DNA of 64,000 nucleotides from Candidatus Gastranaerophilales bacterium (GTDB lineage Bacteria; Cyanobacteriota; Vampirovibrionia; Gastranaerophilales; Gastranaerophilaceae): contig CALUVP010000140.1 of assembly GCA_944324215.1 (NCBI GenBank), positions 139 to 64,138 of the forward strand, given 5' to 3'. The notes under the pieces are model-generated. The model was not told the DNA's origin. It did no database searches and saw only the letters and a list, made by a program, of their open reading frames with translations. Every line of letters begins with the position of its first letter. Position 1 is the stretch's first letter. Shown one piece after another: positions 18,943 through 27,818 of the stretch. Position numbers and translations under genes: made by a program.

Positions 18943-19698
18943 CTAATTTATTACAACAATTTCAGGAACAGAACAAAATCTTACCGGCAAAATGCTTGTT
19001 CCTATACCCTTTGTTATAATCATTGTGTTTTGTGTTTCTTTTATAACTCTATTAGCGAATTTAGAACCGAATTTTGACGGCACAATCGGTGCGCCAAACG
19101 GAGGAAAACTCACTTGTCCGCCGTGCGTATGCCCCGCAAGAATTAAGTCAAAAGAATCTTTTACATCATAATAAATGTCTGGACTGTGGGTTATGAGTAT
19201 TCTTTTCCCGTCGGTATTTTCCAGCGCTTTTTCAATATCAGGTTTTCCTGTTTGCAAATCGTCTAAACCGCAAATATAAATATCATTAAATTTAGTGTTG
19301 GAGTTCGAAAGCACTTTAAATCCGCTATCTTTTAATACATTTGTAACTCTTTTTTTATCATACCAGCCATCGTGGTTTCCAAGAACTGTTATAAGCGGAG
19401 CTTTAAGATTTTTTAAAATTTCTGCTTGTTTTTCTATCGGTAAAGTTCGTTTCCCGTCATGCCCTTTTATAAAATCTCCGCCTGATAGGATTAAATCGGG
19501 GTTTTGTTTATTAATAAGCTTTACAACTCGTTTTAATCTGCTTTTTTGAAATTTTGAAATGTGAAAATCGCTTACAAAAACAATCTTTATTCCATTTAAT
19601 GCTTCAACCTTGTAATGCTTTACAACAAGCAGGTTTGGTTCTATTAGAAATGACCAGATAAAAAGAAGTAAGATAATTATTAATATTGTCTTAAGCAT
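18943..19698 (-). CDS. Membrane-anchored metallophosphoesterase (YkuE-like)
   Basis: SDFH, GGD, GNHD, GHTHGGQ. Confidence 0.85.
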   Translation of the reverse strand: MLKTILIIILLLFIWSFLIEPNLLVVKHYKVEALNGIKIVFVSDFHISKFQKSRLKRVVKLINKQNPDLILSGGDFIKGHDGKRTLPIEKQAEILKNLKAPLITVLGNHDGWYDKKRVTNVLKDSGFKVLSNSNTKFNDIYICGLDDLQTGKPDIEKALENTDGKRILITHSPDIYYDVKDSFDLILAGHTHGGQVSFPPFGAPIVPSKFGSKFANRVIKETQNTMIITKGIGTSILPVRFCSVPEIVVIN

Positions 19699-19773
19699 AA
19701 AATTATTTTATCAAATTCGTGATAAAATTTAAACATAAATGGAAGTTATTTTTATTAAGAAAGGGGCGTAAAA

Positions 19774-20283
19774 ATGATTAATGAGAAGTTAGAAGAAGCA
19801 TTTAACGACCAGATTAACAAAGAACTTTATTCTGAGTATCTTTACTATGCTATGAAAGTTTATTTTCAAGAACTTAATCTGCAAGGTTTTGTAAATTGGT
19901 TTGATGTACAAGTTCAAGAAGAAAGAGCTCACGCTGTCGGGATGATAGATTATTTGAACGAAAGAGGAGGAAAGGTTGATTTGAGAGCAATCGAAAAACC
20001 TGTTGTCGAAGGTTCTACTCCTTTAGAAGTTTTTGAACACGTTTTAAGACACGAAGAATATGTTACATCAAGAATTAATCATCTTGCAGATGTGGCAGAA
20101 GAAGTTCGAGATAGAGCTGCTTTAAATCTTTTAGACTGGTATATCAAAGAACAGGTTGAAGAAGAAGCAACTGTTGGCAGTGTTCTTGCTACTTTAAGAT
20201 TAATTGGTGAGGATAAAAAAGCTTTATTGTTACTTGATAAAGATCTCGCAACAAGAACTTTTGTAGCACCTGTTATTGGTTAA
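19774..20283 (+). CDS. ftn: Non-heme ferritin
   Basis: QINKELYSEY, QEERAHA, WYIKEQVEEE. Confidence 0.92.
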   Translation: MINEKLEEAFNDQINKELYSEYLYYAMKVYFQELNLQGFVNWFDVQVQEERAHAVGMIDYLNERGGKVDLRAIEKPVVEGSTPLEVFEHVLRHEEYVTSRINHLADVAEEVRDRAALNLLDWYIKEQVEEEATVGSVLATLRLIGEDKKALLLLDKDLATRTFVAPVIG

Positions 20284-20851
20284 TCGGATAACCAACTTGC
20301 TCTAATACAGCTTTTACAGCTTCAGGTGCAAGACCTACAATATTCTCAAAACTTCCTTCGTATTTGTCTATAAAATTCGGAGGAAGTTCTTGTATACCGT
20401 AACTTCCGGCCTTATCAAGAGGATTATATGTATCTATGTAGTAATGTATCATATAATCTGTAAGTTCATTAAAACGAACATAACTTGTTGTAGACAATAG
20501 TGCTGCGCGATTTGTTTTGGTGTTAATTGCGCAAGTCGATGTTACAACGGAATGCGTTGCTCCGGAAAGCTCCTTTAGCATTTCAAAAGCTTCTTCTTTG
20601 GAGTGTGGTTTTCCTAGAATTTTGTTATGCAGAACAACAACTGTGTCTGCAGCTAGAACGACTGAATCTTTATCAACACGTCTTACAACATCAAGACATT
20701 TTTGGGTAGCTAAATCTTCAATTTTTTCATAGCTAAATACATCATCAGGTAACTTTTCGTCATAATTTGATGGGATTACTTCAAATTTTAGTCCCAAATC
20801 TGTTAAAATTCTTTTCCTTCTTGGTGAATTAGATGCGAGAATGAGTTTCAT
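20273..20851 (-). CDS. maf: Maf family nucleoside triphosphate pyrophosphatase
   Basis: LILASNSPRR, AADTVV, LGKP, DKAGSYGIQ. Confidence 0.92.
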   Translation of the reverse strand: MKLILASNSPRRKRILTDLGLKFEVIPSNYDEKLPDDVFSYEKIEDLATQKCLDVVRRVDKDSVVLAADTVVVLHNKILGKPHSKEEAFEMLKELSGATHSVVTSTCAINTKTNRAALLSTTSYVRFNELTDYMIHYYIDTYNPLDKAGSYGIQELPPNFIDKYEGSFENIVGLAPEAVKAVLEQVGYPINQ

Positions 20852-20853
20852 AT

Positions 20854-21411
20854 TTAAAAAACTCCATTTAAAGGCTCTAAAAATATTTTATGCTTATGGC
20901 TTACCGGAATTTTTTTTGAATTAAAAACTTTTTCTACTGTTTTTTTTGCATTTTCTATCACACTTGCACCTTTTTCTGTAAATCCAGAAAATCCTATAAA
21001 TACCTTTTCTACAGCTTCTTTTTCCCCAAAATTTCTGCAAGCATAACTTACAACTTCACTTGCTTGCTCGTAAATACTTTTCCAACTTTTGAAAAAAGGT
21101 TTTTTATATTTTGTAATTTCTCCTGTAGCATTGTTAATACTTAACTTTACTTTACCCATCTCTAAATCAGATTCACCGATAAAATAATCTTTTGCCTTAT
21201 CTACCAAACATCTTCCGTCATAAAAACGAGAATCTTTTGAATCAATTTTTAAGCCACTTAATACATTTGAAGAAAAACTCCATTCAGTTTTTTGGCAAAC
21301 TGTTTCCGAATTCATACTATTTAGAAGTTTTTTTACTTGTTTATGTGTATCTTGTGGTAAAAATCTTTGTTTAGCTTCAAATGATTGGTTTTGTACTTTA
21401 TGTATTTGCAT
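20854..21411 (-). CDS. Hypothetical protein (N-terminus ...QSFEA)
   Basis: ORF in operon context with a GGGG RBS. Confidence 0.65.
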   Translation of the reverse strand: MQIHKVQNQSFEAKQRFLPQDTHKQVKKLLNSMNSETVCQKTEWSFSSNVLSGLKIDSKDSRFYDGRCLVDKAKDYFIGESDLEMGKVKLSINNATGEITKYKKPFFKSWKSIYEQASEVVSYACRNFGEKEAVEKVFIGFSGFTEKGASVIENAKKTVEKVFNSKKIPVSHKHKIFLEPLNGVF

Positions 21412-21420
21412 CTTTACCCC

Positions 21421-22050
21421 TTAGTATCCGTTCTCGATAAATTCCCTGTTTCTGAACTTTGCACCTAAACTTTTAGCAATGTTTTCACATTCTTCAGCAT
21501 CAATGTAGTGAACTTTATCGAAACCTGTAACTATTGAAGCTGAAACCTCCATTCCTTCATTAATGCATGCTTTTATAAATTTTTGAACTTCCTCATAAGC
21601 ATTCTTAATTTTTGGTTTACAAATTTTATCATAATCTTCTTCATTTGCAGCATTCAAGCTGACTGATACAGAATCTATTAAGCCTTTAAATTCTTTAGCA
21701 ACATTTGTTTTATAAATTGCATTTGCATGGCCGTTTGTGTTTACTCTAATTTTTATTGAAGGATAATTTTTTCTTAAATATTTGCAAAACTCTTTCATCA
21801 TTTCGCGTCTTAAAAACGGTTCACCATATCCGCAAAAAACTACATTTTTAGGTTTAGGATTATATTTTTCAAATTGGTCTATAATATCTTCTAAAGTGAA
21901 ATTATCATCATGCCACATTTCTGCTCCGCACACATCATCTTTTTGGTTTCTAAGACAAAATATACAGGAGTTTGTGCAAGAATTTGTAAGGTTCACATAA
22001 ACCGTTTCAGGATGTTCACTTTTATCTATCGTATAAACCAATGTATACAT
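21421..22050 (-). CDS. TatD-associated radical SAM protein
   Basis: YVNLTNSCTNSCIFCLR, VFCGYGEP, NTNG; GGAGG RBS before ATG 22050. Confidence 0.85.
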   Translation of the reverse strand: MYTLVYTIDKSEHPETVYVNLTNSCTNSCIFCLRNQKDDVCGAEMWHDDNFTLEDIIDQFEKYNPKPKNVVFCGYGEPFLRREMMKEFCKYLRKNYPSIKIRVNTNGHANAIYKTNVAKEFKGLIDSVSVSLNAANEEDYDKICKPKIKNAYEEVQKFIKACINEGMEVSASIVTGFDKVHYIDAEECENIAKSLGAKFRNREFIENGY

Positions 22051-22228
22051 TCGCACTACCTCCAATAAGACTTATTATAGTACAAAAATAAATTGGTTCT
22101 TATTTTTCATATAATAACAACAATCCCTCTGCTTTTACACAGAGGGGTATGTATATTTAACCTGACGTAAATATAACGTTTTTATTATTAAACAGAGTTT
22201 AATAAATATATAACTAAGTCAAGTAGTA

Positions 22229-22417
22229 CTAATCCAGAAGTGCTTCGAGAATTGCAGCGTTTTTACCAGCCATTGTGTTAGCTTTAACTCTGCTTTTGTA
22301 CATGTAACTTCTTAAAGCTTCTCTGATTAATTCTGAACGTGTTCTGTTTTCGCCTTCTGCTACTTTGTCAATTCTGTCTAAAAAGTCTTCAGGCATTGAA
22401 ATTAGTACTCTTGCCAT
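22229..22417 (-). CDS. CopG-family ribbon-helix-helix protein
   Basis: RVLISMPEDFLDRID...RTRSELIREALRSY; AAGGAG RBS. Confidence 0.85.
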   Translation of the reverse strand: MARVLISMPEDFLDRIDKVAEGENRTRSELIREALRSYMYKSRVKANTMAGKNAAILEALLD

Positions 22418-22526
22418 ATATTTCTCCTTTACTATATACTGATTTTTGATATCCGTTATATATATATAAAGTTCAGAGAAAATATAAAATTGCTTTTTTG
22501 TAACATAAATGTTAAGTAATGTAACA

Positions 22527-22560
22527 AATATCCCCGTCAATAAGTATTGACAGGGATATT
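22527..22560. terminator. Probable terminator after the SLH gene
   Basis: AATATCCCCGTCAATA/TATTGACAGGGATATT near-perfect inverted repeat. Confidence 0.6.
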
Positions 22561-22582
22561 AGCTTTTTAAGTATTAAATTTC

Positions 22583-24001
22583 TTAGTAAAGAATTGTTAA
22601 TACTTCATCTGGATTTAAGCTTGAATCATTAGTTGTATTTGGAACGAAGATATATTTAGCTTCGTCAACAAATTCATAGCAAATGCCAAATACGCCGCTA
22701 CCAGTAGCTTTTATTATATTGAAAACTCCTTTACCTATAGTAATAAAGCTGCTTCCAACACTTTTTAAACCTTTAAGCGGGTGAAGTGAAGCTGTATCGC
22801 AGAAGGCATCAGACCAGTTATCGCCAAATTCTTCAACGCTATTGCTAATAACTTCAGCATCTGTAGAAACAGTTCTTCCTGCAACACCTGCAGCTCTTCC
22901 AACGATTGAGAAAGGAGCAGCGAAAACTCTTGAAACTACATTAGGATTTTTAGCAACATCTACTGAAGCTGATGACATCATTTTAGGGAATTCTGCGCAA
23001 TTGTCACCGTTTGTAATTGTCTTAAATTCGATAGCTATATAACCAGGATTTTTAACTTCAGGTCTTGATACAGATGATACAACGCCTTTTACGGTAGAAC
23101 CTGCAGGATAGCAAACTCCGCCGATTGTTACATCTTCAACAGTTTTTGCCGTGAATGTATCGCCTACATTTGAAGTTCTTGCGCTTATTCTTTCTGACAA
23201 TTTAATTTTCATTTGAATTGGTTCATACTTAGTTGCGCAATTTACTGCACCGTTAGAAGTATCAATTTTAAAACCTGCCTTCATTGCATTAAGCATGTAT
23301 GCAACTTGTTCTTTTGAAAGATATTCGTCATTAATAACTTTATCTTTGTCTGCAAGTTTATTTAAGATGCCTGAAGCGATAACTTCATTTGTTGCAGCAT
23401 AAGCCCAAGTAGGAACATACTTAACAGTTTGTCCCTCAAAAGTTGGTGTTGCATTCTTATCAGCAGATACATCCATCATTTTAGCAAAAGTTGCAAAAAC
23501 TTCTGCTTTAGTGATTGGTTGATCAGGTTTGAATGTTGCATCAGGATAGCCGATCATTACATCAGCACTTAAAGCTCTGTCAATCTGATCCTTTGCCCAA
23601 TAATCAGATGCTACATCGGTGTAGTTGTTAGCCTTAACATCCGACAAATTTAAACCATCAGCAAGTATGAAGGCAAGTTCTGAACGCAGTACAGGCATTT
23701 TTGGATTAAATAATCCTGCTCTTTTTGCATCCATTTTGCTTTTCATTTTTTCAAGCATTTCTTTTGTACAACGAGCGATGACTACATTTTGTTTGCTTTC
23801 CATTGTCTTTGCGGTGCAAGGCTTGTAAACTTTTCCGCCAATAATTACATTACTATCAGTATTTACAAGTGTTTGAGCTTGCGTACCAAATAATGTAGGA
23901 TGAGCGTAGGCCTGTACATCTGCAGGTTCGCCTGCCATAGCTAAACCTGTGGTCACACACACAGCACCAAGGGCTGCTAATAATTCTTTTGATAGTCTCA
24001 T
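22583..24001 (-). CDS. Exported S-layer homology (SLH) domain protein
   Basis: Signal peptide; YTDVASDYWA...GYPDATFKPDQPITKAE. Confidence 0.8.
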   Translation of the reverse strand: MRLSKELLAALGAVCVTTGLAMAGEPADVQAYAHPTLFGTQAQTLVNTDSNVIIGGKVYKPCTAKTMESKQNVVIARCTKEMLEKMKSKMDAKRAGLFNPKMPVLRSELAFILADGLNLSDVKANNYTDVASDYWAKDQIDRALSADVMIGYPDATFKPDQPITKAEVFATFAKMMDVSADKNATPTFEGQTVKYVPTWAYAATNEVIASGILNKLADKDKVINDEYLSKEQVAYMLNAMKAGFKIDTSNGAVNCATKYEPIQMKIKLSERISARTSNVGDTFTAKTVEDVTIGGVCYPAGSTVKGVVSSVSRPEVKNPGYIAIEFKTITNGDNCAEFPKMMSSASVDVAKNPNVVSRVFAAPFSIVGRAAGVAGRTVSTDAEVISNSVEEFGDNWSDAFCDTASLHPLKGLKSVGSSFITIGKGVFNIIKATGSGVFGICYEFVDEAKYIFVPNTTNDSSLNPDEVLTILY

Positions 24002-24071
24002 ACTTCTCCTTTCTTTTTCTACAAAATTTTACCTGAAAGTAAAACGTAAGTATTTAAACCATACGATGTAT

Positions 24072-25064
24072 TTATTTTCTATTAGATAAAAGATACGCCT
24101 GAGGATAACAAAAATCTTCTCTAAATCCAATTCTACGGTACATTTTTAACGCTTTATAATTGTTCGTCTCTGTCGTAACATTTATTTCACTAAAAGCTCT
24201 CTTGCCTATTTTAGTCCAATCAACAATCGTTTTTATTGAACGATTAAGCAAATGTTCTGAAAAACCTTGACCTCTATGTTCTTTTTCAATACCTACAAGC
24301 GGTAAATTTGCAATACTTCCACCTGTTACGTTTACAAATGCAAAGCCTACAGGAGATCCTTTAAATAAAAGAACTGATGTCGCTTCTGGTAAAAATTCTC
24401 CATATACATTTTCTACAATTTTGTTAATTATATCCCGAGTACCTTCTATGGTTCTAAAACGAGTATCATAAATTGCATCCTGAGTATCTTCAAATGAACT
24501 GTGAATAACCCTTATAGCATCTTCTCTATATGAATCATCATAACTTACAATTTTGTAATCCTCTGGTTTTACGGAAAGTTTCATGTTTTCAAGTATTCTC
24601 TCCGAAGAAGCATTTCCCATCATAAACCTTAAAATTGCTAGTCCTATATACTTAAAACCAAATTTCGCAATATCTGCCGTAAATGCAGATTGATGACCTA
24701 GCATAGGATAGGAAACAACCTTAGTTTGTCTCTCAGTTTCTGTTAATTCCAAAAATTTTTCTATCAAGAGTTTGATTTTTGTTGTCTCATCTTCCATTCC
24801 CAAACAGTGAATTAAGTTTAATTCCACAGCTTCTGATATTGATGTTGTGTAAACAAGGAAAGCCGTCGGAATCTCATTTTCTTTAAGTACGATACATTGC
24901 ATATATTTTTTTTCAACTGCATCTATAAATTCTTCATAAGGGAGTGGTTCAAGCTCAAATTTATAATCACTTACTGCCTTTGCTCTAAAATCATTATAAA
25001 CACCTGCAAAAATTTTAGATATGTTACCGTTTAATAATTCTACTTCGTAAGTCGTTTCACTCAT
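24072..25064 (-). CDS. GNAT family N-acetyltransferase
   Basis: HRGQGFS, NYKALKMYRRIGF. Confidence 0.8.
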   Translation of the reverse strand: MSETTYEVELLNGNISKIFAGVYNDFRAKAVSDYKFELEPLPYEEFIDAVEKKYMQCIVLKENEIPTAFLVYTTSISEAVELNLIHCLGMEDETTKIKLLIEKFLELTETERQTKVVSYPMLGHQSAFTADIAKFGFKYIGLAILRFMMGNASSERILENMKLSVKPEDYKIVSYDDSYREDAIRVIHSSFEDTQDAIYDTRFRTIEGTRDIINKIVENVYGEFLPEATSVLLFKGSPVGFAFVNVTGGSIANLPLVGIEKEHRGQGFSEHLLNRSIKTIVDWTKIGKRAFSEINVTTETNNYKALKMYRRIGFREDFCYPQAYLLSNRK

Positions 25065-25076
25065 AAATTATCCTTT

Positions 25077-26282
25077 TTACATTAGATGATGCATTTTTTC
25101 GCGTTTTGTATTTATGTAACGCTCATTATATTTGTTAACTTCTGATTTTAAATTAATATTTTCGTGTATTGTGAGTCCATAGCCTTTTAATCCTACAATT
25201 TTTTTCGGATTATTTGTTATCAGATTAAAGTTGTTAAACCCTAAATCAAGAATTATTTGTGCTCCGACTCCATAATTTCTTAAATCAGGAGCAAAACCTA
25301 GAGATACATTTGCCTCCACTGTATCTTGGCCTTGTTCTTGAAGTTTGTATGTTTTGAGTTTATTAACTAATCCAATTCCACGCCCTTCGTGATCTCTAAT
25401 ATAGATTAAAGCACCTTTTCCGTATTCATTAATCATTTTTAGAGCAGTATGTAATTGCCAATTACAATCGCATTTAAGGCTGTGGAAAATATCGCCTGTT
25501 AAACACTCACTATGAACGCGAATTAGAGGAATTTTATCCGAACCATCATCCTTGACAAGTGCTACATGCTCACAACCTGTAATGGTATCAGTATAACCGA
25601 CAATGTTAAAATCTCCGAATTGAGTTGGAAGAAAAACTTCCACTTCACGTTTTACAAAACGTTCACTCTTTATTCTGTATGCAATTAAATCGGAAACGGT
25701 TATGAATTTTAAATTATTCTTTTCTGCAAATTTATGTAAATCATCTCTGCGAGCCATCTCACCATTGTCTTTCATAATTTCGCACATAATTCCGGCTTCT
25801 CTATGTCCGCAAAGGCTTGCCAAATCTACAACAGCTTCAGTATGTCCGCATCTTTTGAGAACTCCGCCCTTTCTTGCAACACAAGGGAACAAGTGTCCCG
25901 GTTTGCGTAAATCTGATGGTTGAGCATCGGGAGCTATTGCAACTTCTATTGTTTTTGCTCTGTCAAATGCAGAAACTCCTGTTGTTACACCATATTTAGG
26001 ATGTGCGTCAATACTCAAAGAAAACGCTGTTTGCATGCTTTCCGTATTTTTTTCTACCATTTGAGGTAAGTCAAGCTGATTAGCTATTTCTTGAGAAATT
26101 GCCAAACAAACAATTCCTCTACATTCTTTAGTAATAAAGTTCACAAGTTCAGGTGTGACAAATTGGGCAGAACAAATCAAATCACCTTCATTTTCTCTAT
26201 CCTCATCATCGGCTACTATAATAGGTTTACCGATTTTGAAATCCTCTAATGCTTCTTCTATTGTGTTGAATTGATTTGTCAT
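25077..26282 (-). CDS. ribBA: Bifunctional DHBP synthase / GTP cyclohydrolase II
   Basis: DDEDRENEGD, PGHLFP, RVHSECLTGD, EGRGIGL, TNNPKK. Confidence 0.95.
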   Translation of the reverse strand: MTNQFNTIEEALEDFKIGKPIIVADDEDRENEGDLICSAQFVTPELVNFITKECRGIVCLAISQEIANQLDLPQMVEKNTESMQTAFSLSIDAHPKYGVTTGVSAFDRAKTIEVAIAPDAQPSDLRKPGHLFPCVARKGGVLKRCGHTEAVVDLASLCGHREAGIMCEIMKDNGEMARRDDLHKFAEKNNLKFITVSDLIAYRIKSERFVKREVEVFLPTQFGDFNIVGYTDTITGCEHVALVKDDGSDKIPLIRVHSECLTGDIFHSLKCDCNWQLHTALKMINEYGKGALIYIRDHEGRGIGLVNKLKTYKLQEQGQDTVEANVSLGFAPDLRNYGVGAQIILDLGFNNFNLITNNPKKIVGLKGYGLTIHENINLKSEVNKYNERYINTKREKMHHLM

Positions 26283-26284
26283 AA

Positions 26285-26914
26285 TTAGCAAAATCCGTTT
26301 TCTTCAAGAAAATCCATGTTTATACCTGATTTATTATCACTCGTTGATAAAAATTTTTCAATATATTTAGCCACAATATCGACCTCAATGTTTACGTAAT
26401 CCCCTGTTTTTAAATTAGAAAAATTAGTATTCTCATAAGTATGAGGAATTAATACAATTTTAATTCTTTCACCCTCTACATTTGCTACCGTTAGACTGAT
26501 GCCATTTATCGTAATGGAACCTTTTCTGATTACATAACGACTTTCAGAAGGATTAAGTTCAATTTCTAAATCATAAAAGTCATTGTTCTTTAAAATGGTT
26601 ATTATTCTAGCTGTTCCATCAATGTGCCCTGAAACAATATGTCCTCCGAATCTCCCGTTTGCAGGCATAGCACGTTCTAGGTTTACTGAATCTCCGGTTT
26701 TTAAATACTTAAGCGCTGTTACATTAAATGTTTCAGGTGAAATATCAGCTTTAAAAAAACTTTTACCAATTTCAGTTACAGTAAGACAAACTCCGTTAAC
26801 AGCAATACTATCACCAATTTTGCATTTATCTAAAATCTTTAAACATTCAATAATGACAAAGTTGTTTCTGATAGTTTGGATTTTGCCTTTTTCTTCCGTA
26901 ATTCCAGTAAACAT
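26285..26914 (-). CDS. ribE: Riboflavin synthase alpha chain
   Basis: MFTGI, GDSIAVNGVCLTV, GGHIVSGH. Confidence 0.95.
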   Translation of the reverse strand: MFTGITEEKGKIQTIRNNFVIIECLKILDKCKIGDSIAVNGVCLTVTEIGKSFFKADISPETFNVTALKYLKTGDSVNLERAMPANGRFGGHIVSGHIDGTARIITILKNNDFYDLEIELNPSESRYVIRKGSITINGISLTVANVEGERIKIVLIPHTYENTNFSNLKTGDYVNIEVDIVAKYIEKFLSTSDNKSGINMDFLEENGFC

Positions 26915-26978
26915 GGACTTATTATAACACGCTTATATGTAAAAGTACACATTCTCTTTGCATTCCAAAATCAATATA

Positions 26979-27021
26979 TATAAAAGAAGAGTAGCTTTAA
27001 ATAAGCTACTCTTCTTTTATA
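26979..27021. terminator. rpmH terminator
   Basis: 19-bp perfect inverted repeat TATAAAAGAAGAGTAGCTT/AAGCTACTCTTCTTTTATA. Confidence 0.85.
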
Positions 27022-27034
27022 ATACTGTATGAAT

Positions 27035-27187
27035 CTAGGCTCTCTTACTGCCTGAAATTGCTATTTGATGTCTTCCTTTTGCACGACGTCTGTTCAATAC
27101 TTCCTGACCACCAGGAGTCGCCATTCTTGCTCTAAAACCACTTACGTGCTGTCTTTTAATCTTTGTTCCTTCTAGTGTACGTCTCAT
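27035..27187 (-). CDS. rpmH: 50S ribosomal protein L34 (not in the ORF track)
   Basis: Manual translation MRRTLEGTKIKRQHVSGFRARMATPGGQEVLNRRRAKGRHQIAISGSKRA. Confidence 0.95.
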   Translation of the reverse strand: MRRTLEGTKIKRQHVSGFRARMATPGGQEVLNRRRAKGRHQIAISGSKRA

Positions 27188-27297
27188 TGTTCTATTCCCT
27201 TTTCAGCTAATTTCTATTATGATGTAATCATGTTATATAAAACATGATTATTAGTCAAATAAAAGGTTAAGTAATATGAAGTATAATGTAACTTTTG

Positions 27298-27516
27298 TTA
27301 TCCCTCGATGATTTGTGGAAGTTCTACCTTTGGTGCACCTATAGTCCTAACCAACTCTAGTACCGCAGCCTTCATTTGACACTTCTGAGCTGTCGCACTA
27401 AAAAAGTCACTGTAAAAACAACCGTCACAAACACAACCACGTTTATAACATTCTAATGCTGTTGGTGTCCATCTTTTTACAGCAATAGCTCTCCCCATAT
27501 CACGACTCTTGAACAC
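27298..27516 (-). CDS. Small Cys-rich hypothetical protein, probable metal binder
   Basis: CYKRGCVCDGC...C; GTG start with a GGAGG RBS. Confidence 0.7.
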   Translation of the reverse strand: MFKSRDMGRAIAVKRWTPTALECYKRGCVCDGCFYSDFFSATAQKCQMKAAVLELVRTIGAPKVELPQIIEG

Positions 27517-27818
27517 TTATTCCTCCCAACATTATTATTTTGTCTAATTTCTCCGATTTAAGGATATATAAAAATTTCCTTAACTATTTCTATTATATTG
27601 ATTAAGACGCCTTTTACAACCCATTTATAGCTAATTGTAAAGATTTCTTAAACAATCTATAAACTACCTTATCTATTGACTATTCTGCTTCTCAGACATG
27701 CATAATTTACGCCAAAGCATGCTTTTAGACTTTTAAATCATGAAAAGCCATGCTATGACCATGTTTGCATGACTTTTCTTTTTGATTAAGTTTTGTAACG
27801 ATGTTGGCATGGAATATT

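Noticed and set aside
26915-27030. FMN riboswitch upstream of ribE-ribBA
   Set aside because: No RFN motifs; the -10 box sits 6 nt from the ATG, leaving no leader
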